A stretch of 60,348 bases of DNA from a bacterium (GTDB lineage: Bacteria; JAJVIF01; JAGGVT01): contig JAGGVT010000059.1 in the NCBI GenBank assembly GCA_021157815.1, positions 1 to 60,348 on the forward strand, written 5' to 3'. Of the stretch, positions 36,488 through 44,147 are shown in pieces. A program made the translations under genes and the position numbers. Position 1 is the first letter of the stretch. The number at the start of each line of letters is the position of its first letter. The notes beneath the pieces were generated by a model. It was not told where the DNA came from, searched no databases, and saw only the letters and a list, made by a program, of their open reading frames with translations.

Positions 36488-38083
36488 TCAATACCCGCTT
36501 TGAACAACAATTAAGACTTTATCGATTTTACCGTCCGGCTCCTCTTTAACAGTTCCTTCTTCTATCAGAAGGTCGTTGTTGATTTTATCCGCCTGGTTGC
36601 CTTCGGCGCCAAATCCCATGAGTTCGTATTTGATAACTTTCACATTTTCATCATCAAAAATGGGAATATACATGAAATTGCCCGGAGTGCCGGGGAATCC
36701 GCATTCAACCATGGGAGCATCTGTATATGGGTTAATCGGAAATGCAGACATATAGCCCTTTGTTATGAGTTGTTCAGCATCATCGGGATACTGTCCAGCG
36801 TAGTCGACAGCATATCTTTCAATCGCGATTTGAATACTATGTGTGTTGCTTTTAACTTCTGCCTCCTTTGCCTTGAACATATATTTCATATTTTCCTTTA
36901 AGCCCATAATCATTCCCTCAATGCTTACATGGTAAATAAGCGAATAGATGGAACGATTCATCCTGCAGAATAAGCGTACACCATCGGAAGTATGAGAACT
37001 TTCAAAACGAACAATTCCCAAATCTTCGTTTTCAATCAGTTCCCTTATTTTGCCTTTGTGAAGGTCATCACCAGTCATCATTGTCATCGCTGAGAAAGCA
37101 TCATCGGGAATTATTGCCATGAATTTGTCAACGTTAAATGTAATCATCGCGTTCATGACAGGCGGCATTACCGATGAATACGCTGTTCGTTTTGGATTCA
37201 GCACATGATCAGCAATCTGCTCAAGCGTTTCCGGATCTGTCGCCATGACAAAGTAGTATTTATCGATGATGAAACTCGGCTCGATATCACCCGGGATGCC
37301 TAAATCGGTATATGTTACGACATCAAAGCTGTGCCATTTCGATTTCTTTTTAGTAGCTTTGTTTTCCTCAATGAAAATGTTGTCCATGATTCCGGCGAGC
37401 ATATCCATGTCCTTCTGGGTTATATTCTCCGCCATGGAGAAAATCAAACCGCCTTTGATTACGGGTTCGCCCATCATGGGCATTTCCAAATCGCTGATGA
37501 TAAGGTTCATTTCATCGCCAATTAGCTTTTCAGCTTTTTCAGAAACACCGTGGAAAAATTTGTATTTACCGCATTCTTTCTTCTTTTCACCAGGGTTGCA
37601 CTGTTCCATGAATCTGTGAATCAAGTTGATTGCATCACCCGGTTCCATTACAGTCGCCCACGCGAGAGTTTCCTGCTCGGGAATAAGCGTTCTCACCATC
37701 GACATTCGCGACTGCGGCTGAACGAAATCATTTATCGCTCCGCGTTCCGAGAGCGAATCCTTAAATCTGACCAGCGCCTTACCCAAAACCCATTCCCTCT
37801 CAAATTGGCAATCGAGAGTAACATCCTCCAAATCGCAAAGCCCTGAGCTCAGCAGTTTCTGATAAATCTTCTCAATTTCAGCAGTCTGATCTTTGCTCAT
37901 GCCGCTTGTGTCAAAGATTCTATCAACGTAGGATTTGATTACACTCAAATCCATTTTCAGATGATATGAGTATTCAAGAATGGGGTCATCAAGTTCCTGC
38001 GCCTGTGCATTGGCGGGAAACAATGGCAGGATAAAAATGAGCATAAGCAGTAGTGATTGTAGAATTCTCTTTGTTAAAAACAT
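36488..38083 (-). CDS. Secreted protein of unknown function with a C-terminal pilin/pseudopilin-like globular domain
   Basis: 531 aa with signal peptide ..PANAQAQ. The C-terminal AKEAEVKSNTHSIQIAIERYAVDYAGQYP...FPINPYT resembles the post-helix part of type IV pilins. TGA stop is followed by TAA. Confidence 0.65.
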   Translation of the reverse strand: MFLTKRILQSLLLMLIFILPLFPANAQAQELDDPILEYSYHLKMDLSVIKSYVDRIFDTSGMSKDQTAEIEKIYQKLLSSGLCDLEDVTLDCQFEREWVLGKALVRFKDSLSERGAINDFVQPQSRMSMVRTLIPEQETLAWATVMEPGDAINLIHRFMEQCNPGEKKKECGKYKFFHGVSEKAEKLIGDEMNLIISDLEMPMMGEPVIKGGLIFSMAENITQKDMDMLAGIMDNIFIEENKATKKKSKWHSFDVVTYTDLGIPGDIEPSFIIDKYYFVMATDPETLEQIADHVLNPKRTAYSSVMPPVMNAMITFNVDKFMAIIPDDAFSAMTMMTGDDLHKGKIRELIENEDLGIVRFESSHTSDGVRLFCRMNRSIYSLIYHVSIEGMIMGLKENMKYMFKAKEAEVKSNTHSIQIAIERYAVDYAGQYPDDAEQLITKGYMSAFPINPYTDAPMVECGFPGTPGNFMYIPIFDDENVKVIKYELMGFGAEGNQADKINNDLLIEEGTVKEEPDGKIDKVLIVVQSGY

Positions 38084-38243
38084 GGCAGTTCACCTCTTTC
38101 GGAATATTAAATCGCGTTAAGTTTGGCAAAGAGACAAATTTATGTCAAGCGCGGGGTTTTTCTTGAACCGTCATCGCGTTATAATATCTTTCCTTTAAGA
38201 AAAAGGATTGTTATTTGGATTTCTAATATTCAGGAGTATGACA

Positions 38244-39587
38244 ATGGCAAAGATATTCCCGTTCAGAGGCGTTCATTACAACGTGAGCACCATAGGCGAT
38301 TTAAGCGATGTTGTAACGCAGCCGTATGACCAAATCGATAAAGAGCTTCGCGAGAAATATTACGAGCAAAGCACTTTCAATTTTGTGAGAATTGTCATGG
38401 GCAGACCGGAACCCATTACCGAGACTGAAAATGTTTACACGCGCGCGGGTGATTATCTGAGCGAGTGGATGAGGGACGGTGTTCTTATTCGCAATGACAA
38501 ACCCGCTCTTTATGTATATCATCAGGAATACATGATTGAAGGAGAATCCGAACCCCGCGTGAGAAAGGGATTCATCCCGCTTGTCGAATTGCAGGAATAC
38601 GGGGAAAAAATACAGGCACATGAAAGAACTCTTGAAGCTCCAAAACTGGACAGGTTCAATTTGATGCTCACAACTGAGGCTAACACCGGAATGATTTTCA
38701 TGCTCTACAGTGAACCTGAACGTGAAATAAACAAAGCTCTTGATGAACAGATAAAAGGCAGGGAACCTGACCTTCTCGCGACTGATGAAATGGGCAATCT
38801 CCATAAGGTATGGGCTGTTACCGATGAGGCGACAATCAAGCGAGTTCAGACATTGATGGAACCGTTGGGGTTATTTATCGCTGATGGGCATCACCGCTAT
38901 GAAACCGCGGTCAATTACAAGAAGCACATGCTGAAAGAAGAAAGAACGTTTCCTCAGAACGCCTCGGAGAATTTTCATAACTGCATGTTGACTCTTGTTA
39001 ATGTTGATGAACCCGGGCTTACAGTCCTGCCGACACATCGCCTTGTGCATGATGTCCCGCCGGAACTGATGGAGAACCTTGTATCAAAAGCGATGGAGTA
39101 TTTCTCCATCGAGCATTTTCCGCTTTCCGTGGGTGATGATGTCGCTGTGCAAAGCGTACTGGATGCCATGAAAGCGCGAAAGCACGATGAACATCTCTTT
39201 GCAATGTATATCAGAGGCGATGATGAAATCAAATTGCTGTCGCTGAAAGATGAATCAGTGATGAACGAGATGGTCAGCGACTTTTCCGATGACTGGAAGA
39301 AACTCGATATCGCGATTCTACATACAATACTACTGGATAAACTGCTTGGCATTAATGCACAAAAACTGGCAGACAAAACCAATGTTGATTATCTCCGTTC
39401 AGCGTATGACACGCTGAAGAAAGTCAAAGAGGATAAAAAATACCAGTGCATGTTTCTTGTTAATGAGACAGGAGTCAAGGAAGTGGAAAAAGTCGCGCTG
39501 CATGGTGAGAAGATGCCGCAGAAATCGACTGACTTCTTCCCGAAACTTCTCAGCGGCATGGTAATGAATAAAATGATTCTTGATTAA
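38244..39587 (+). CDS. DUF1015 family protein
   Basis: Start moved to ATG 38244 (aggag 7 nt upstream). MAKIFPFRGVHYN...VVTQPYDQI, ADGHHRYETA. Confidence 0.8.
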   Translation: MAKIFPFRGVHYNVSTIGDLSDVVTQPYDQIDKELREKYYEQSTFNFVRIVMGRPEPITETENVYTRAGDYLSEWMRDGVLIRNDKPALYVYHQEYMIEGESEPRVRKGFIPLVELQEYGEKIQAHERTLEAPKLDRFNLMLTTEANTGMIFMLYSEPEREINKALDEQIKGREPDLLATDEMGNLHKVWAVTDEATIKRVQTLMEPLGLFIADGHHRYETAVNYKKHMLKEERTFPQNASENFHNCMLTLVNVDEPGLTVLPTHRLVHDVPPELMENLVSKAMEYFSIEHFPLSVGDDVAVQSVLDAMKARKHDEHLFAMYIRGDDEIKLLSLKDESVMNEMVSDFSDDWKKLDIAILHTILLDKLLGINAQKLADKTNVDYLRSAYDTLKKVKEDKKYQCMFLVNETGVKEVEKVALHGEKMPQKSTDFFPKLLSGMVMNKMILD

Positions 39588-39724
39588 TTATGCAGCAGCA
39601 AATAAATAGTAGCCCGGTTTCTCATTAACCGTGGTAATGCGTGAATGTTACATATGCTTTCCCGGGAAATGGATTCCCGGGCTACAATAAAAAGAATCTT
39701 TTTCAGAGGTCTCCTTTATTAATT

Positions 39725-40591
39725 ATGAAGCAGGATTTTCCTCAGATTAGTAAAATGGTAATTGACAGCATCCTGCTTGTCGGACGGCATTACTATCTCT
39801 ATTTCATACCGTTGATTTATTTATTCATCGCAACCATTGTATTTACAATAATAGGATTCGTGGGGATATCCTTCGTAATGGGCATTACCGTTTCGAGTTT
39901 GGTTACAACTGGAAGTCTCCCACAGGCAATCACCGTTCTGTTTTCAGGATATGGCTTCGTGTTTTTGCTTGTATTAATCCTGATCGGCGGATTTTTTACC
40001 GGCTATATCGGCGGGTTGGGGCAGATGCTCAAAGGCTTGTTGACAACCGATAGAATCAGTACATCGGAGTTTATCAACGGAATATTCAGGCATGGCCCAA
40101 GGTTGCTTTTGGGGCTTGTGTTTTTTTCCATCATAATCCTGCTGCCGTTTATCTGGGGAATTGACAGGCTGTTAAACATGTACGGAATATTCGATTTCGC
40201 CACGATGGAAAGCGGGTGGAACCACTGTTTGCGTGAGTCAATCGGACAGGCGCACTCCGGGATTGTGTTTTGGACATACGTGATGCAGATTATTATCGCT
40301 TACATTCTCAGCCTCTGGTGGGTTATTTCAATTTCCGAAACTCGGCATTTTATTTCGAGTTATATAAAAAGCGTCGTATTTGTATTTAAGAATCCGGTTG
40401 GCAGTATAGTTGTCATTCCCGGATGTGTGATTGCGTTAACGGTCGCGGCATTTATATTCTCGAACCTGTTTGGCGCAATGGGATTATCGTATGAACTGGG
40501 CTGGCTTGTCGGACTTTATCTTGTGTTGCCGCTTGTGTTTATAATCATTCTCCAGTTTTATGATCCGAGATATATTCCCGCTGAGAAATGA
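39725..40591 (+). CDS. Polytopic membrane protein of unknown function
   Basis: ~6 hydrophobic segments. The tracked N-terminal 28 aa lie in a family F repeat, so the start is moved to ATG 39725. Confidence 0.55.
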   Translation: MKQDFPQISKMVIDSILLVGRHYYLYFIPLIYLFIATIVFTIIGFVGISFVMGITVSSLVTTGSLPQAITVLFSGYGFVFLLVLILIGGFFTGYIGGLGQMLKGLLTTDRISTSEFINGIFRHGPRLLLGLVFFSIIILLPFIWGIDRLLNMYGIFDFATMESGWNHCLRESIGQAHSGIVFWTYVMQIIIAYILSLWWVISISETRHFISSYIKSVVFVFKNPVGSIVVIPGCVIALTVAAFIFSNLFGAMGLSYELGWLVGLYLVLPLVFIIILQFYDPRYIPAEK

Positions 40592-40592
40592 A

Positions 40593-40690
40593 CCTGGGAG
40601 CGCTGGACTCTGGCCGGCGCATAGGCGCGAAAGCGCCTTCAAAAAAGGCGTGAACGCCTTTTGCGCCGGCCAGAGTCCAGCGCTCCCAGG
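40593..40690. repeat. GC-rich perfect 29-bp-stem palindrome enclosing two small hairpins
   Basis: cctgggagcgctggactctggccggcgca (40593-40621) and its exact reverse complement (40662-40690). Inner hairpins ggcgcgaaagcgcc and aaggcgtgaacgcctt. Confidence 0.85.
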
Positions 40691-40699
40691 GGGAAACAT

Positions 40700-40851
40700 C
40701 TTTTAACTTACTAACCTGCTAACTTGCTAACTTACTAACCTGCTAACTTGCTAACCTACTAACCTGCTAACTTACTAACCTGCTAACTTGCTAACTTACT
40801 AACCTGCTAACCTGCTAACCTACTAACTTACTAACCTGCTAACTTTCTAAC
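40700..40851 (+). repeat. Octamer tandem array c: 19 in-phase units (152 bp)
   Basis: cttttaac ttactaac ctgctaac ttgctaac ... tttctaac. Ends 1 nt from the stop codon of the minus-strand ORF 40853-43771. Confidence 0.95.
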
Positions 40852-40852
40852 T

Positions 40853-43771
40853 CTAATATATTACGATCGCTATCTCATCAATACGAGCGGTTGTGCCGGT
40901 TGGTTCGTCGAGGTGGAGAAATTGGATTGCTATGTATGAGTCTAACGGGTCGCCGTCGAGGTTTAAATCGCCGCCCCAGAGGTAAGTATGCGGGTCGGAG
41001 GAGAATCGCCATGAGTTGTTTCCCGTGGGGACATCATCGAAAAATGTTCGGATATCCTCGCTGTCTAAATTGTAGGCGGTGAAATCTCCGGTTGATTCGA
41101 CTGATGACCATTCCAGTTCCGATGGTGTAACCCAGCCGTACGTTGGCTGTGTTGAGCAGGTGCCGAAAAACATTTCATCCTGAAAACCATCCTCGACATC
41201 GAAATAGATTGAACATTCGAGGTGGCGGACATCCGAATCGGGGACATCCCAGGTTTGTTTCGTAATGCCAATCCAGCGATTTGTGTAGCCGTCATAGTCG
41301 GGGAGTCGCAGGTGTTTGTCACCGTGCGCTGTTTCGGTTGATGTTTCCACATAAAAGCGGTGATCGTAGTTGGCGACATTTCGCTCGCAGTTACCGAACC
41401 AGCCCTCGCCGTCGTTGTCCTCATCGGTTAGCGTTTCAAATCCGTTGATTGCGATAAACGCCGGCTCGCAGGTGTCATATTCGGATGCGGGATTATCAAT
41501 TTCCGAACGCGCGCGAATTTCATAAGTCAATCCCTCGATAAAATGATTCGATGGCAGATGCTCTGCGGGAACGGTGAATTCGAGTTCCGTTGTGGCATCG
41601 ACAAACTGCATGTCGTTTTGTAATCCGTCGGTGGGGTCGATGTCGTAATAGATTGCGTATTGCACCGCAGATTGTTCAGGACCCCAGACCAGAGTCCATG
41701 GGCCTGATTCATCGAATGGGTAACCGTAATCGTTGGGGATGTCGCGGTTTACGGTGAGTTTAAGATTGCCGAATATTCCAAGGCAGTCCTCGATTATCAC
41801 ATTACAGGTAGCGAAAATCGTGTTGTTAGGCGGATTGCAGACATCGACCGCTCGAAACGCGACTGTGTATGTGTATGGGTCAGTGGATGGGCAATTCGGA
41901 TTTGTGAAAACGACATCCTCGAAAATGCCGTCCGTGTTGAAAGCATCGACAATGAAAAGACCGTCATAATCCCAGTCAGCCTGGTAAGATACGATTGGAT
42001 TGCCGCCGTTGTCGCTGGTTGCTGTGACAGTGAAATCAACCGACTGCCCGTTATAAATGCCTGTTACGGGGCATGATGGCGCAACGATTTCTCCCGTGAT
42101 TGGTCCGCAGCAGGTATCTACATTAATATCGCAGGTCGCGAACACGGTTACATTCGGCGGATTGCAGCTGTCGGTCGCGCGGAATGCGACTGTGTATGTT
42201 ACGGGAATATTTTCAGGGCAGTTCGGATTATCGAAACTAATATTCTCGAACTCGCCGTTGTAATTGGCGTCGTCAACATCGAAAGTTTCGCCGTCGTAAT
42301 CCCAGTCAGCCTCGTACCACGTTATCGGGTCGCCGTGATTCGCGCTGGATGCTGTTACGAGAAAATCGTACGGGTTTCCGCTTACTATCCCATCCGCTGG
42401 ACATGATGGTTGCAGCACCGAGCCTGTGATTAATCCACAGCAGGAATCTACAACTATTTCACAGGTCGCGAAAATCTCCACGTTCGGCGGGTCGTTGGCG
42501 TCGGTCGCGCGAAATGCCACAAAGTAGAAAACAGGTATTGGATCAGGGCAATTCGGATTTGCATAAGGGCCGCAACCGTTGAAAATGCCGTCCGTGTTTT
42601 CAGCATCGACATCAAATGTTTCGCCATCGTAGTCCATGTCGATTTCATAAAGGACAATCGGTTCCCCTCCGGGCAGGTTGGATGCTGTTACAGTGAAGTC
42701 CTGTGTTTCGCCATCGACAAATCCGGTTACCGGACATTCAGGTGACAAGACCTCACCCGTTATTTCACCGAAACCGGTTGATGATTTGACTACGATTGAG
42801 AATTCTCCGTAAAGTGTTGTTGTGCCTGAACCCTCTGACGTTGCCAGGATGTAGGCGATATAATTCCCCGCTGTCGCGCCGGTGTTGTTCACTAGAGTAT
42901 AAGTCCATGATGGCGCGGTTGCTTCAGTAAATGAAACGAGAATTTCGTCTGTAATTGATGGGCAGTACATCTGGACTGAATTGACATCCTGCTGCCAGTC
43001 GTAAACATCGACGCTGAGTGTACATTCTGAACCAACCGTTTCGAACAGGTCTTTGCTCTGCTTGAAATTTTTTATCGCAAACGGCTCATCGCAGTTTGAT
43101 GGATATGAGGCATCAATCGCAAATTCAATATCAGTAAACCCATCTGGGAAAAACAATTGGAATCTCTGGGTGTGCTCGCTTAATCCCTCAAAGATACGAT
43201 TTACACCGGTGTTTGAATACGCCTTAAACGGGTTAACGTCCGCGCCGCCTGGAATGTCATACAGCCCTGTCCAGTTATCCGCGTTTTTCAATCGACTGCC
43301 AAGATTATCGGTAAAGACAATAATGCGGATATCGTAGGCGTCGAAATCGTATGTGTTTGTGATTGCCGTATCGACATCGAGAATCGCGGTGAGCGGGTCA
43401 AAATTTATCACTGTATAAACAGGCGCGGGAATATAGGGGGTTACATTCCAGTGAAGCTGAATTTCACGGTTGGGGATTGTGGTTAATTCCAGCGTTTCGG
43501 GATTGAATTCCAATGTCCACGCGCCAAGCATGACATGGCTGGTTTGGTTATTCTCCCCGGAAACAATCGGAAGCGTTTCATCGGGAACAGGTTCGTTTGG
43601 TGTAACAGAAGTCGCGCTGTTAGAGGAACATCCGACTGAAATAACCGCCGATATAAAAATAAGAAAAAGGCAAATCCATGGGCACTTCAGGACATGCTGT
43701 GGGTTGTTTGTATTCCGCAAAAAAGGGGACAGTCCACAACAGGCTTCAAATCTGATATTTTCAATAGACAT
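40853..43771 (-). CDS. Giant lipoprotein of the same N-terminal-module family, with three tandem Cys-rich PKD-like repeats
   Basis: 972 aa. Lipobox ISVGC after a 29-aa leader encoded inside a repeat core. Three ~105-aa repeats (..CPVTG...DWDYDG..F.V.....G.F....F.NPNCP.....Y.VAFRA.D..NPPN...FATC) map to about 41790-42780. Confidence 0.8.
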   Translation of the reverse strand: MSIENIRFEACCGLSPFLRNTNNPQHVLKCPWICLFLIFISAVISVGCSSNSATSVTPNEPVPDETLPIVSGENNQTSHVMLGAWTLEFNPETLELTTIPNREIQLHWNVTPYIPAPVYTVINFDPLTAILDVDTAITNTYDFDAYDIRIIVFTDNLGSRLKNADNWTGLYDIPGGADVNPFKAYSNTGVNRIFEGLSEHTQRFQLFFPDGFTDIEFAIDASYPSNCDEPFAIKNFKQSKDLFETVGSECTLSVDVYDWQQDVNSVQMYCPSITDEILVSFTEATAPSWTYTLVNNTGATAGNYIAYILATSEGSGTTTLYGEFSIVVKSSTGFGEITGEVLSPECPVTGFVDGETQDFTVTASNLPGGEPIVLYEIDMDYDGETFDVDAENTDGIFNGCGPYANPNCPDPIPVFYFVAFRATDANDPPNVEIFATCEIVVDSCCGLITGSVLQPSCPADGIVSGNPYDFLVTASSANHGDPITWYEADWDYDGETFDVDDANYNGEFENISFDNPNCPENIPVTYTVAFRATDSCNPPNVTVFATCDINVDTCCGPITGEIVAPSCPVTGIYNGQSVDFTVTATSDNGGNPIVSYQADWDYDGLFIVDAFNTDGIFEDVVFTNPNCPSTDPYTYTVAFRAVDVCNPPNNTIFATCNVIIEDCLGIFGNLKLTVNRDIPNDYGYPFDESGPWTLVWGPEQSAVQYAIYYDIDPTDGLQNDMQFVDATTELEFTVPAEHLPSNHFIEGLTYEIRARSEIDNPASEYDTCEPAFIAINGFETLTDEDNDGEGWFGNCERNVANYDHRFYVETSTETAHGDKHLRLPDYDGYTNRWIGITKQTWDVPDSDVRHLECSIYFDVEDGFQDEMFFGTCSTQPTYGWVTPSELEWSSVESTGDFTAYNLDSEDIRTFFDDVPTGNNSWRFSSDPHTYLWGGDLNLDGDPLDSYIAIQFLHLDEPTGTTARIDEIAIVIY

Positions 43772-43830
43772 TATTCATTCTCCCAGTGTTTATCGCATTT
43801 ATAAACGTTATTGGGACAGTCCCCTTTTTT
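43719..43830 (-). repeat. Diverged copy of the conserved MITE core, overlapping the 5' end and start codon of ORF 40853-43771
   Basis: aaaaaaggggacagtccaca.caggcttcaaatctga...ttgggacagtcccctttttt aligns with the cores at 3618-3749 and 58820-58937. Confidence 0.65.
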
Positions 43831-43887
43831 GCTCACGTTTTTACATGGGTATATCATATACTTAATAAGATTTAAAGAACAAATAGT

Positions 43888-43896
43888 ATTATAGCA
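43888..43896 (-). promoter_or_regulatory. Extended -10-like box tgctataat (minus strand) directly after array d
   Basis: Reverse complement of attatagca; 8 nt from the array end and ~115 nt upstream of ATG 43771. Confidence 0.35.
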
Positions 43897-43904
43897 GATA
43901 AACG

Positions 43905-44056
43905 GTTAGCAGGTTAGTAAGTTAGCAAGTTAGCAAGTTAACAGGTTAGTAAGTTAGCAAGTTAGCAAGTTAGCAGGTTAGTAAGTTAGCAAGTTAACAG
44001 GTTAAGAGGTTAATAAGTTAATAAGTTAACAGGTTAGTAAGTTAATAAGTTGGCAA
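43905..44056 (-). repeat. Octamer tandem array d: 19 in-phase units (152 bp), inverted relative to arrays a-c
   Basis: The plus strand reads gttagcag gttagtaa gttagcaa ... gttggcaa, the reverse complement of YTRCYAAC units. Confidence 0.95.
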
Positions 44057-44147
44057 GATGTATAAGTTTGGGGCGTTAAAGTTGGTAAAACTGTGGCGTG
44101 AATAAGGCTGTTTGCGTTTAACTTGTCAATGTTGCGAGAGGAAATAA

